A stretch of 64,000 nucleotides of DNA, from positions 70,921-134,920 of the forward strand of contig DATJXE010000003.1 in NCBI GenBank assembly GCA_035500505.1, read 5' to 3'. Below, piece after piece: positions 1 through 9,811 of this stretch; the stretch's first letter is position 1; every line of letters begins with the position of its first letter. The notes under the pieces are model-generated. The model saw only the letters and a program-made list of their open reading frames with translations. It did no database searches and was not told where the DNA came from. The position numbers and the translations under genes were made by a program. The DNA comes from Minisyncoccota bacterium (lineage in GTDB: Bacteria > Patescibacteriota > Minisyncoccia > Phycocordibacterales > UBA2100).

Positions 1-300
1 GAGGCGGCGTATGGACGCTTCGAACGCAAGGATGGTCTCGGACTCCGCCGCGCGCATCTCATCACGGAGCTGCAGTATCTTACCGAACAGGGAAATAGTT
101 TCCATCCTGACCTGCGAGCGCAACGGCTCGCTTTCCGGAATATGCCTTGTGAGGAGGTAGAGTGCCGCGCCTATGCGCTCCGCTCGACGATAGAGACGCT
201 CCGCAGCGCGATTCCTGCCGAAGGGATCGGTCCGGACGTTCTGCGCGTCGACAAATCTTGAGAAATCATCACCTTTTGAGCTGTCTTTTATGTCGTCCAT
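1..300 (-). CDS. Partial CDS (N-terminus; runs off window), helical conserved hypothetical protein, possibly a DNA-binding regulator
   Basis: Own translation from ATG at 300: MDDIKDSSKGDDFSRF...RLYRRAERIGAALYLLTRHIPESEPLRSQVR..., open to window edge; divergent from ftsK. Confidence 0.65.
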   Translation of the reverse strand, partial: MDDIKDSSKGDDFSRFVDAQNVRTDPFGRNRAAERLYRRAERIGAALYLLTRHIPESEPLRSQVRMETISLFGKILQLRDEMRAAESETILAFEASIRRL

Positions 301-370
301 TTGCTGTTCGATAGAAGTCCTTTATATCTAAAGGACGTCCGTGAGAACGCCTTTCAGTATATAAAGGACA
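282..370. promoter_or_regulatory. Repeated TAAA(G/A)GAC motifs incl. perfect inverted repeat; candidate operator
   Basis: GTCCTTTA-TATC-TAAAGGAC at 317-336, TAAAGGAC at 362-369, TGTCTTTTA at 282-290. Confidence 0.45.
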
Positions 371-496
371 TGTCGGATATACAAGCTCTTCCTTGAGGGT
401 TCCGCGGAGCAACGTCCAGCGCAGAAGCCGTTACAACCAATATCTAGGACGCTAGTTCGGCCAAAATATCGCCGCTTCGCGTGATACTATACGCGC

Positions 497-2728
497 ATGA
501 AAACAAAAAAACGCTCCAAAAACGGAAATGGAAAGAGGGGCGCGAACAGCGAAGTAAAGGTGGTCGAACGGAGTGTCAGCTCGGAAGCGCTCCGAGGCGT
601 TGCGGCCATCCTTTTTCTCGCCATAGCCGGTTTTCTCATCCTCGCTGAGATCGGCGGGGGTGGTTCCGTAGGCGTGACCCTCTTCGGATGGCTTTCGTGG
701 CTCCTTGGCATTGGCTACCTGCTCCTCCCCCTCTCGCTCGTCCTTCTCTCGGTGCTGGTCCTACGTTCGTTCGAGGGTCGCTTCGGGTGGGTGCATATCA
801 TGGGCCTTGCCGTCTTCCTCCTTTCCGCCCTCGGGCTCGTGAACCTCGCGTTCCCGGGCAAGGGCGGCGTATTGGGGGCAAGCGTCTCACAGCCCCTCAC
901 AGGAGCCATCGCAACGCCGGCAACGGTCATCTTCTTGATGGCGTTCATGGTAGCGGCGCTCATCATCGCTTTCGACGCGAATCTACCGGCGCTTTTTTCG
1001 AATATACGGAATTGGTTCCGCTCCTCGCCCGAGGATGAGTTCGATACCGGCCTTGAGGACGTGCCGGTGACCGGCATACACCAAGAGGAGATCGCCGAGA
1101 ACGAAGAGCTCCCGATCGAAGAGGGGTCGGAAGAGAGAGGGTCTCCGGAGCGAACACCCGCGGTGAGCACGTTTGCTGAAAAGTCGGAAGCGAGTGATGC
1201 GGGCTTCCCTATCATTGCCGCGACGGGTTCCGCGTATGAACCGCCTCCGGTCGCGCTCCTTTCCAAAAACAAAGGCAAACCGGAAGTGGGTGACGTGAAA
1301 GCGAACATGAACATCATCAAGCGCACGCTCCAGAATTTCGGCATCCAGGTCGAGATGGACGAGGCATCCATCGGCCCCACCGTGACGCGTTACGCCATGA
1401 AGCCCGCGGAGGGCGTGCGACTTTCGAAAATAGTCGCGCTCCAGTCCAACCTCGAGCTTGCGCTCGCTGCCGCGCCAGTGCGCATCGAGGCGCCGATACC
1501 TGGAAAGTCGTTGGTCGGGATCGAAGTTCCGAACATATCGCGCACGACACTCGGCCTCGCCCCCCTCGTTTCGGATGAGCAGTACACCGGGTCCGACAAG
1601 CCACTTCTGGTAGCACTTGGTCGCTCCATCACCGGGCAAGCACATTTTGCCGACCTCGCCCGCATGCCGCATCTTCTCGTCGCCGGAGCGACCGGTGCGG
1701 GCAAATCGGTCGCCATCCACGATTTCATCGTTTCCCTCCTCTACCGCTGCGGTCCCGAGCGTCTGCGGTTCATCATGGTCGACCCCAAACGGGTCGAGTT
1801 GACGGTCTACAATTCGATCCCTCACCTACTGACTCCCGTCATTACCGATGCAAAAAAGGCCATCCTTGCGATAAAGTGGCTCGCGAAGGAAATGGAAAGA
1901 CGCTACAACATCCTGGAAACTGAACGCGTGCGCGACATCGGCTCCTATCATCAGAACATCGTCACCCCGGCGCTCGAAAAGGGCGTAAAAGAAGGCGAAA
2001 CGCCACCGGAAGCGATGCCCTACATCGTGGTCGTCATCGACGAGTTGGCCGATATCATGTCGGCCTACCCGCGCGAGCTCGAAGCTGGCATCGTGCGCTT
2101 GGCGCAGATGAGCCGCGCGGTCGGTATCCACCTTATTCTCTCGACGCAGCGCCCGAGCGTGAAGGTCATCACCGGACTCATCAAGGCCAACATTCCCGCG
2201 CGGGTAGCGCTGCAGGTCGCCTCTCAGATAGACTCCCGAACGATACTGGACACGGGCGGGGCGGAAAAATTGCTCGGTGCGGGCGACATGCTCTTCCTTT
2301 CGGGTGAAATGTCCAAACCGCGACGTATCCAGGCCCCGTATCTCTCCGAAAGCGAAGTGAAGAAGGTCGTGGCATGGATAGCGAAGAATGCCGAGGGCAC
2401 GCTCCCGAGCGAGATAGACTTCACGGACTCCGGAAAGATCGGCGGCGGATTGGATACCGTATTCTCCTCAATGGCCGATGAAGAAGAGGAAGATGAATTG
2501 TATGGAGAAGCTAAGAAAACGGTCATCGAGGCGGGCAAGGCCTCGACCTCGTATTTGCAACGCAAGCTCGGTGTCGGCTACGCGCGCGCGGCGAAACTGA
2601 TAGACATGCTCGAAGAGCGCGGAGTCGTGGGACCTGCCGACGGGGCAAAGCCGCGCGACGTCGTCGGAGCGGGCAATGCGGACGAATTGGTGAAAGCCGC
2701 TGAAGAACCGGAAGAGGAAAATTTGTAG
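497..2728 (+). CDS. ftsK: DNA translocase FtsK/SpoIIIE
   Basis: N-terminal TM segments, Walker A AGATGAGKS, DELAD, STQRPSV, C-terminal gamma domain (ASTSYLQRKLGVGYARAA). Confidence 0.97.
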   Translation: MKTKKRSKNGNGKRGANSEVKVVERSVSSEALRGVAAILFLAIAGFLILAEIGGGGSVGVTLFGWLSWLLGIGYLLLPLSLVLLSVLVLRSFEGRFGWVHIMGLAVFLLSALGLVNLAFPGKGGVLGASVSQPLTGAIATPATVIFLMAFMVAALIIAFDANLPALFSNIRNWFRSSPEDEFDTGLEDVPVTGIHQEEIAENEELPIEEGSEERGSPERTPAVSTFAEKSEASDAGFPIIAATGSAYEPPPVALLSKNKGKPEVGDVKANMNIIKRTLQNFGIQVEMDEASIGPTVTRYAMKPAEGVRLSKIVALQSNLELALAAAPVRIEAPIPGKSLVGIEVPNISRTTLGLAPLVSDEQYTGSDKPLLVALGRSITGQAHFADLARMPHLLVAGATGAGKSVAIHDFIVSLLYRCGPERLRFIMVDPKRVELTVYNSIPHLLTPVITDAKKAILAIKWLAKEMERRYNILETERVRDIGSYHQNIVTPALEKGVKEGETPPEAMPYIVVVIDELADIMSAYPRELEAGIVRLAQMSRAVGIHLILSTQRPSVKVITGLIKANIPARVALQVASQIDSRTILDTGGAEKLLGAGDMLFLSGEMSKPRRIQAPYLSESEVKKVVAWIAKNAEGTLPSEIDFTDSGKIGGGLDTVFSSMADEEEEDELYGEAKKTVIEAGKASTSYLQRKLGVGYARAAKLIDMLEERGVVGPADGAKPRDVVGAGNADELVKAAEEPEEENL

Positions 2729-2731
2729 CCC

Positions 2732-3145
2732 ATGCTTCCCTACCGCGACAGCGTCCTTACGAAGATCGCCCTCGTCCTTTTCTTCCTCATCATCATCGGC
2801 TACGCGTATTTCGAGGCGCGGGGCATCCTTTTTGGACCATCGATCCAGGTTTCGCAGACCATCGAAGAGGTCTCGAACCCGTACATTGAACTCACGGGCA
2901 CGACGACGCACATAGCCGAGCTCGACATGAACGGACAAGCCGTGCCCGTCACCGAAGCGGGGGTTTTTGACATTCCCTACGCGCTTTCGCCCGGGTACAA
3001 CCGAATCGTCCTGGACGCGAAGGACAAATACGGCAAATCCACCGAAAAAATAATCCAAATAGTCTATACGCCTGCCTCGACCACCCCCGCCCAAACGGCC
3101 GCAACCTCGACTCCGGCAGCCTCATCCACACCAACGACGCCCTGA
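2732..3145 (+). CDS. Membrane-anchored small beta-rich (Ig-like) protein with Thr/Pro tail
   Basis: N-terminal TM helix, [17 protein letters not shown] beta-sandwich-like motif; 3 nt after ftsK stop. Confidence 0.75.
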   Translation: MLPYRDSVLTKIALVLFFLIIIGYAYFEARGILFGPSIQVSQTIEEVSNPYIELTGTTTHIAELDMNGQAVPVTEAGVFDIPYALSPGYNRIVLDAKDKYGKSTEKIIQIVYTPASTTPAQTAATSTPAASSTPTTP

Positions 3146-3191
3146 TGTATACTGCCCTCTGACCCCAATAGCAGGTAATTCATTAATCACT

Positions 3192-4265
3192 ATGGCACTC
3201 GGAACAAAGAAAAAAGAGAAGGCTCCGCCGAAGGAAGTCGGCACTGGGTCGGACAAAGATATCGAACGCGCGCTCGCGCAGATAAAAACGAAGTTCGGCG
3301 ACGAATCCATCATGATGCTTGGCGCTTCGCCCAAGGTGGACGTCAACGCCATCCCCACGGGCTCTATCGGCGTCGATTGGGCACTCGGCATCGGTGGACT
3401 CCCGCGTGGCCGCATCATCGAAGTGTTCGGTCCGGAAAGTTCCGGCAAAACGACGCTCTCGCTCCATGTCATCGCCGAAGCGCAGAAAAAAGGCGGCATC
3501 TGTGCATTCATCGACGCCGAACACGCGCTCGACCCCGAATACGCCAAAAAGCTCGGCGTGAAGATCCAGGACCTTCTCGTATCGCAACCGGACACCGGCG
3601 AGCAGGCGCTCGAAATAGTTGAATCGCTCGTGCGCTCCGGCAAAATAGACGTCATCGTCGTCGACTCCGTCGCCGCGCTCACGCCCAAAGACGAGATCGA
3701 GGGCGACATGGGCCAATCGCACGTCGGCAAGCAGGCGCGCCTCATGTCGCAGGCGCTTCGCAAACTCACTGCCATCGTATCGAAAACGAAAACCGTCATC
3801 ATTTTCATCAACCAGATCCGCATGCAGATAGGGGTCATGTTCGGCAATCCAGAAACGACCCCGGGCGGCAAGGCGCTGAAATTCTACACATCGGTGCGCA
3901 TCGACATTCGCCGCATCGCGCAGATAAAGAAAGGCGACGAAGTGATGGGCGGCCGCCACCGCGTGAAGATAGTCAAAAACAAGGTCGCAGCTCCCTTTCG
4001 CCAAAGCGAATTCGACATGCTTTACGGAGAAGGCATTTCCAAAGAGGGCGAAGCGCTCGCGCTCGGCGAGAAGCTCGGCCTCGTCCAAAAATCGTCCGGC
4101 GGAGCCTACAGCATGGGCGAAACCAAAATGGGCCGCGGCTATGATGCGGCTCGCACGTATCTCAAAGAGAATAAGCCAGTACTCACCCAGTTATTGAAAG
4201 ACATCCGCAAAGGTCTTCAGGAAGGCGGCGGGGTTGTTGGAAAATCGAGTGGCGAGGAGGAGTAG
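3192..4265 (+). CDS. recA: Recombinase RecA
   Basis: [34 protein letters not shown]. Confidence 0.99.
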   Translation: MALGTKKKEKAPPKEVGTGSDKDIERALAQIKTKFGDESIMMLGASPKVDVNAIPTGSIGVDWALGIGGLPRGRIIEVFGPESSGKTTLSLHVIAEAQKKGGICAFIDAEHALDPEYAKKLGVKIQDLLVSQPDTGEQALEIVESLVRSGKIDVIVVDSVAALTPKDEIEGDMGQSHVGKQARLMSQALRKLTAIVSKTKTVIIFINQIRMQIGVMFGNPETTPGGKALKFYTSVRIDIRRIAQIKKGDEVMGGRHRVKIVKNKVAAPFRQSEFDMLYGEGISKEGEALALGEKLGLVQKSSGGAYSMGETKMGRGYDAARTYLKENKPVLTQLLKDIRKGLQEGGGVVGKSSGEEE

Positions 4266-4326
4266 CGAATCTTCCGGCCGTATGGTACGAATCTCCTAGC
4301 CGCAATTCTGCGGGAAAGGGTGACAC

Positions 4327-5664
4327 ATGTCAGCAACAGCTCTTGCCGAAAAATTGGCACGTCCGACGCTTCGCTGTATCGAGTGCGGTAATGTCCAAGA
4401 TCTCTATCGGGAACGCAAGTTCCGTTGCGTGTGCGGCGGCCTCTTCGAGGTCGTGCACAACCACGAAAATCTCTCACTGCTCCGGCAATTTCTGGAATCG
4501 CAGTTCCAGCGCCGCGCGGCGGGATTTATTGAAAGTCCTCCAGGTCGCTCCGGCGTATGGCGTTTCTACGAACTCATCATGCCCGAAATGCGGTCAGACG
4601 AGATGATCACGCTCGGCGAAGGTATTGTGCCAATCGTTCGCGCTGGACCGCACATCAGTCGGTGGGTGGGCGGCGATCTGGATCTCTGGCTCATTCTCGA
4701 AGGTCAGGGTCCGACCGGTTCATTCAAGGATTTCGGCGGCGCCGTGATGATGAGCGTGGCGAAGAAAGCGGGTGTATCGGCCGTCGCATGCGCATCTACC
4801 GGCGATACCTCTGCCATGACAGCCGCATACTCCGCTGTGGCAAACTTTCCCTGTGTAGTTCTTCTGCCACAGGGAAAGTACACGGCCGTGCAGCTGACAC
4901 AGGCAGTCGCCTATGGTGCGCGGGTCATCGATATCCCCGGCACCTTCGACGATTGCATGCGCGTGATGAGTGACCTCGTCGAGCATCACGGGGTTTATCC
5001 GGCGAACAGTCTGAATCCTTCACGCATCGAAGGACACCAGGCGACCGTATTTCTCATCGCGCAGGCGTTCAACTGGATACTACCGGAATGGTTCGCGGTT
5101 CCTGTCGGTAACGGCAGCAACTCATCCTCTATCGGCAAGGGCATGCGACTGCTCCTTGAGCACGGCTTCGTGCAAAAAGGCGCCCGCATCCTCGGCTGTC
5201 AGAGTGAGGCCGCAAACCCACTGGCAGCGTCATGGCAAAAGATCCGTGACATACCGAACGAGCAAAAGCTCTCCTGTTGGCGTAACGTCTACAGGCGGCG
5301 TATCGATCTCGGCGAAACGGTCGCCACGGCGGCACGCATCGGCGACCCAGTCTCGCGCGAGAAAGTCATGCGGGAAATCGTTGCGTCGAACGGGGCCGTT
5401 ACGCAAGCGGACGAAGGAAGCATCGTCCATGCGACCCAGCTCTCGGCTCGAGACGGCATCATGGTCTGTCCGCAAACTGGCATCGCACTTGCGGGACTCC
5501 GCGAGGCGGTTGCCCGCAATGTGGTAAAGAAGGGCGAACGAGTGGTTGTCGTGTCAACGGCTACCGGGCTGAAATTCCCTGAAGCCTATGGCGTGAATGC
5601 AAATGCCATCGAAAAGGCGGCTGATGTAAGCACGAAAACCGTCGCGAAAATGCTCGGTCTCTGA
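4327..5664 (+). CDS. thrC: Threonine synthase-like PLP enzyme (fold type II)
   Basis: PTGSFKD PLP lysine, CASTGDTSA, PVGNGSN, TATGLKF; N-terminal CxxC..CxC. Confidence 0.85.
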   Translation: MSATALAEKLARPTLRCIECGNVQDLYRERKFRCVCGGLFEVVHNHENLSLLRQFLESQFQRRAAGFIESPPGRSGVWRFYELIMPEMRSDEMITLGEGIVPIVRAGPHISRWVGGDLDLWLILEGQGPTGSFKDFGGAVMMSVAKKAGVSAVACASTGDTSAMTAAYSAVANFPCVVLLPQGKYTAVQLTQAVAYGARVIDIPGTFDDCMRVMSDLVEHHGVYPANSLNPSRIEGHQATVFLIAQAFNWILPEWFAVPVGNGSNSSSIGKGMRLLLEHGFVQKGARILGCQSEAANPLAASWQKIRDIPNEQKLSCWRNVYRRRIDLGETVATAARIGDPVSREKVMREIVASNGAVTQADEGSIVHATQLSARDGIMVCPQTGIALAGLREAVARNVVKKGERVVVVSTATGLKFPEAYGVNANAIEKAADVSTKTVAKMLGL

Positions 5665-5684
5665 TCTTTCGGTATGAACAAAAA

Positions 5685-5719
5685 TCGGGCGCGGCAGTGA
5701 AGCTGCGCCCGAGTTTTTT
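5685..5719 (+). terminator. Intrinsic terminator after thrC
   Basis: TCGGGCGCGGC-AGTGAA-GCTGCGCCCGA followed by T-tract. Confidence 0.8.
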
Positions 5720-5755
5720 ATTGGACAAGAGAATTTTTTTGAATACAATACCGCG

Positions 5756-6322
5756 ATGGCAATGATCTCATACAATGAAGTGAAGCCGGGCGTCGCGGTC
5801 CTCATCGAGGGCGAGCCGTACGTCTGCACGTGGAACAACATAATGAAAAAACAGCAGCGCCGTCCGGTCAACCAGACGAAGATGCGCCATATCATCAAGG
5901 GCAACTCCATCGAATATTCCTTCCAGCAGTCCGACAAGGTGGAAGAGGCCGAGATCGAATCGCGTCCTGCGGTCTTTATCTACGAAAGGAATGGTGAATG
6001 GTTCTTCCACGATGCCAAAAACAAGTCCAACCGCTTCTCGGTGACGGACGAACAAATGGGCGAATCGGGCAAGTTCCTCAAATCCAATACGGAGGTCGAA
6101 ACTCTCTGGTTCCAGGGCAAGCTTTTCCGCGTGAAGCTTCCCATCAAGGTAGAACTCAAGGTGACCGAGGCGCCGCCGGACGTGCGCGGCAACACCGCGC
6201 AAGGCGGCTCAAAGGTAGTGGAACTCGAAACAGGGGCCTCGCTCGACGTCCCCATGTTCGTGAAGTTGGGCGATGTCATCCGCATCAATACTGAAACAGG
6301 CGAATACGTCGAACGAGTCTAA
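5756..6322 (+). CDS. efp: Elongation factor P
   Basis: PPDVRGNTAQGGSK, LETGASLDVPMFV, INTETGEYVERV. Confidence 0.95.
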   Translation: MAMISYNEVKPGVAVLIEGEPYVCTWNNIMKKQQRRPVNQTKMRHIIKGNSIEYSFQQSDKVEEAEIESRPAVFIYERNGEWFFHDAKNKSNRFSVTDEQMGESGKFLKSNTEVETLWFQGKLFRVKLPIKVELKVTEAPPDVRGNTAQGGSKVVELETGASLDVPMFVKLGDVIRINTETGEYVERV

Positions 6323-6324
6323 AG

Positions 6325-6353
6325 AAAAAGTCCCGCTCAGCGGGACTTTTTTT
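6325..6353. terminator. Bidirectional terminator between efp and rpsR
   Basis: AAAAAGTCCCGCT-C-AGCGGGACTTTTT between convergent genes. Confidence 0.85.
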
Positions 6354-6549
6354 ATTTCTGTACGTAGGGCAAAAGGCCCATGAACCTCGCGCGCTTCACT
6401 GCCTGCTCGACGGCGCGCTGCTGCTTTGCGGTGAGGTTGGTGCGCGTGCGGGCCATGACGCGGCCGTGCGGGTTGATGAACTGCTTCAAAAGGTCGACGT
6501 CTTTGTAGTCGACGTGCTGGATATCATTTTGGGTAAGAATGTTGTTCAT
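6352..6549 (-). CDS. rpsR: 30S ribosomal protein bS18
   Basis: [26 protein letters not shown]; rpsF-ssb-rpsR order. Confidence 0.96.
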   Translation of the reverse strand: MNNILTQNDIQHVDYKDVDLLKQFINPHGRVMARTRTNLTAKQQRAVEQAVKRARFMGLLPYVQK

Positions 6550-6553
6550 AGAA

Positions 6554-7009
6554 TTAGAAAGGGATATCGTCGGGGTTAATGTCGTCCTTCGGGTATTCGA
6601 TAGCGCTACCGCCTGAGGGCGCGCCCATATCCTCCGGCATCGATTGCTCGTCGTCGCTCTTGCGAGAACCTCCGCCGCCGGATGAACGCGGACCGAATTG
6701 GACGCGATCGGCGACTATCTCGGTGCGGTATTTCTTCTCGCCGTCCTTCCCTTCCCAGCTGCGCGTCTGCATGCGACCTTCCACGAATGCGGAAGAGCCC
6801 TTCTTGAGGTATTGCGCGACCGTATCGGCCTGACGGCCGAAGACGACGATATTGTGAAAATCCGTTTGCTCCTGCTTCTTGCCGTCGCGATCCTTGTAGA
6901 CGCGGTTGGTGGCGATGGAAAAGCTCGCGACGTTCATGCCGCTCGGGAGCGCGCGGAGTTCCGGATCGCGCGTGAGGTTGCCGAAAACCATTGCTTTGTT
7001 CAGATACAT
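6554..7009 (-). CDS. ssb: Single-stranded DNA-binding protein
   Basis: [17 protein letters not shown], acidic C-terminus DDIPF. Confidence 0.98.
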   Translation of the reverse strand: MYLNKAMVFGNLTRDPELRALPSGMNVASFSIATNRVYKDRDGKKQEQTDFHNIVVFGRQADTVAQYLKKGSSAFVEGRMQTRSWEGKDGEKKYRTEIVADRVQFGPRSSGGGGSRKSDDEQSMPEDMGAPSGGSAIEYPKDDINPDDIPF

Positions 7010-7015
7010 AGAACG

Positions 7016-7531
7016 TTATTCCGCAGTAATGTCTTCGAGCGCCTTGTCGAGCTGCGCTTCCGAAACGGGAGCGGAGGGCTCTTCGACGCGCTTCGGCGTC
7101 GTTTTGATAGTATCGGTGCGACGCACTTCGCGCAGCTGCGGCGCGCGCAGGTGGGCGCGGGTCTCCTCGCGCACGGTGCGAAAGACGATGTGGCGAATAA
7201 CGGCGGCGTTCCGTTTCAATGTTTCGTCGAGCGCGAGCGCGGCGTGCGCGGGCGCCTCAAACTTGAGCCAGCCGAAAAAGGCACGGTCGAACTCGACGCG
7301 CTTGCCGCCGTCGGTGCCTGGAATGCCGTAGGAAAGTCTCGTCATCGAAGGGGCGCCTTCTGCGATGAAGGTGCCGCCCTCCTTCTCGATAGTTTTGCGG
7401 ATCTCGGCAACGACCTTCTCGACATCTTCTTCTTTCACGCTCGGAGAAATGTGGTAGCCGATCTCGTAGATACGGGAAATGCCCGACTCGATGTCGGTTT
7501 CATTCGTTTGCGCGACTGCAGCGTCTGCCAT
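7016..7531 (-). CDS. rpsF: 30S ribosomal protein bS6 with extensions
   Basis: YEIGYHI, RLSYGI, AFFGW, VIRHIVFR; precedes ssb; start moved to ATG 7531. Confidence 0.88.
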   Translation of the reverse strand: MADAAVAQTNETDIESGISRIYEIGYHISPSVKEEDVEKVVAEIRKTIEKEGGTFIAEGAPSMTRLSYGIPGTDGGKRVEFDRAFFGWLKFEAPAHAALALDETLKRNAAVIRHIVFRTVREETRAHLRAPQLREVRRTDTIKTTPKRVEEPSAPVSEAQLDKALEDITAE

Positions 7532-7572
7532 ACGTTCGGAGACTTTAACACGAGGCTTTGGGCCGTGCAAAC

Positions 7573-8385
7573 CTAGCGCACGCCGAACACGCGCTCTGCG
7601 TTTTTGACGAGTTGCGCGCGGACTTTCTCAAAACCTTCGCCTCGAATTTCTGCTATTTTGCGGACCACGTGTTCGACGTATGCGGGCTCGTTGCGCTTCC
7701 CCCTGTTGGGCGCGGGCGTGACGTATGGAGCGTCCGTTTCGCTCAAGATCATGTCGAGCGGCGCATTCTTTATCACTTCGTCGTAATCGTGCGTAAAGGT
7801 GACGACGCCTGTGAACGATAGGGTAAATCCTAAATCCAGGAATTTCTTAGCGATTTCCCAGTTTCCTGCGAAAAAATGTACATCGCCTTTTACTTGCGCA
7901 TGGGCCTTCAAAACATCCAGAGCATCGTCGTACGCATTCCTTATGTGGAGCATCAGGGGCTTGTTCAAGTCGTTCGCGAGTTCTATTTGCTGAACAAAAT
8001 TCTTTACCTGCACATCTTTGGTGCTCTTATCGATACGGAAGTAATCAAGTCCACACTCGCCTATCGCAATCACACGCGGAGACTTCCCCAATTCCGCGTA
8101 TGCGGATATGTCGAATACTTCTCCGCGCGACGTAAACTCTTTTCCGCCTTCGCCGAGTTCCTTTTCGTCGTGATACGACTTCGAGGTGTGTATCGGGTGC
8201 AAGCCGATGGTTGCCCAGACATTGTCATATTTCTGCGCCAGTTCAACGGCCGCCTTGGACGTATCGAACTGCGTGCCGACAACATTCATCCCCACCTGCT
8301 GCTCCTTCGCACGCGCAATCGTTGCTTCCCTATCTTCGTTATACGCAACGAAGTTGACGTGCGTATGTGCATCGAAGAATTTCAT
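7573..8385 (-). CDS. tatD: TatD family hydrolase
   Basis: DAHTH, GLHP, IGECGLDY, ETDAPY. Confidence 0.95.
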   Translation of the reverse strand: MKFFDAHTHVNFVAYNEDREATIARAKEQQVGMNVVGTQFDTSKAAVELAQKYDNVWATIGLHPIHTSKSYHDEKELGEGGKEFTSRGEVFDISAYAELGKSPRVIAIGECGLDYFRIDKSTKDVQVKNFVQQIELANDLNKPLMLHIRNAYDDALDVLKAHAQVKGDVHFFAGNWEIAKKFLDLGFTLSFTGVVTFTHDYDEVIKNAPLDMILSETDAPYVTPAPNRGKRNEPAYVEHVVRKIAEIRGEGFEKVRAQLVKNAERVFGVR

Positions 8386-8386
8386 G

Positions 8387-9811
8387 CTACTCCTTACGCG
8401 GAAAAAGATTCGCCGGTTTTTTGTTCGCCATGATCGCTTCGATTATTTTCCCGCTCGTTTGCGGAATGATGGGCTCGAGCATTTCATCGATGAACGCAAG
8501 TTCCCGGACCATCGTTTCGATAAGCGCTTTGCCTTTCGCGGGGTCGGTTTTCACGACCTTGAACGGTTCGCTATGGTTGATGCTCTGATCGAGCGCTTGG
8601 ATCTTGCCCCACACGAATTCGAGAGCCCCATTGAATTCGAAACGCTCCAGTGCCTGCCTGAATTCGTTGGGGTACGGAACGAACTCGACCTTGACCGGTT
8701 CGGGAAGATTCGCTTCCGCAAGTGTCATAACGCGCGCCGCCAAATTGCCCAACCCATTCGCAAGGTCCGCGTTGTACGCCTCCTTGAACCGCTCCATCGT
8801 AAAATCAGAGTCTTCAAAAGGCGAGACATGCCGCGCGAGGAAGTAGCGCAGCGCATCGGCGCCGTATTCGTCCACAACAGCGATGGGGTCTATGACGTTG
8901 CCAATACTTTTCGACATTTTCTGCCCGCCACTCGTGATGAAGCCGTGGTAAAGCACCTTATCGGTCGTCTTGAGGCCGGCCGACATGAGCATCGCTTGCC
9001 ACATGACCGACTGGAACCGCACTTGATCCTTGCCCGCAAGCTGCAACGTTTCGCCGTCCACCCAGAATTTCTTGAAATCACCATTCTCATCCGGCCAGCC
9101 AAGCGTCGAGATGTAATTGATGAGCGCGTCGAACCACACGTACATGACCTGGGAATCGTCGTTCGGCACCGGTATGCCCCACGGCAGCCTGTCCTTTTGT
9201 CGTGAAATGGAAAAATCTTCGAGTCCGCCTTTCACAAAATTCAGCGCTTCCTGACGCCGCCATTCGGGAACGATGACGCCTTCTTGTGAGAGGTACGTTT
9301 CCAACTCTTTCTGGTATTTGCTCAAGGCGAAAAAATAATTCTCCTCCTCTATCTCTATCGGCTTCTGGCTAGGATGATTGGGGCACATACCGCCGACGAG
9401 GTCGCTTTCTTTGACGAACGCTTCATCGCCGACGCAGTAGAGACCCTTGTACTTCTTCTTGTAAATGTCTTTTTCGCACCGCTTCCAGAACTCCTGTGCC
9501 GCTTTCTTGTGACGAGAATCGGTCGTGCGGATGAAATGCAGGTCGGGAAAGAGCTCCAGCCTTTCCTTGAGCGAACGGAATTTCGCCGCGTACTCGTCGG
9601 TGTATTTCTGCGGGTCCTTCCCTTCCTCCTGCGCCTTGCGGAATATCTTGAGTCCGTGTTCATCGGTGCCTGTGTTGAAAAAAACATCGTTGCCCATCAA
9701 CTTGCGGTAGCGCGCGATGATATCCGCTTGCACCATTTCGAGCGCGAAGCCGATGTGCGGCTCTGCGTTGACGTACGGGAGGGTGGTAGTGAGATAAAAA
9801 GCCTTGCTCAT
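8387..9811 (-). CDS. metG: Methionyl-tRNA synthetase (short form, no C-terminal tRNA-binding domain)
   Basis: PYVNAEPHIGF, GTDEHG, YVWFDALINY, KMSKS. Confidence 0.97.
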   Translation of the reverse strand: MSKAFYLTTTLPYVNAEPHIGFALEMVQADIIARYRKLMGNDVFFNTGTDEHGLKIFRKAQEEGKDPQKYTDEYAAKFRSLKERLELFPDLHFIRTTDSRHKKAAQEFWKRCEKDIYKKKYKGLYCVGDEAFVKESDLVGGMCPNHPSQKPIEIEEENYFFALSKYQKELETYLSQEGVIVPEWRRQEALNFVKGGLEDFSISRQKDRLPWGIPVPNDDSQVMYVWFDALINYISTLGWPDENGDFKKFWVDGETLQLAGKDQVRFQSVMWQAMLMSAGLKTTDKVLYHGFITSGGQKMSKSIGNVIDPIAVVDEYGADALRYFLARHVSPFEDSDFTMERFKEAYNADLANGLGNLAARVMTLAEANLPEPVKVEFVPYPNEFRQALERFEFNGALEFVWGKIQALDQSINHSEPFKVVKTDPAKGKALIETMVRELAFIDEMLEPIIPQTSGKIIEAIMANKKPANLFPRKE

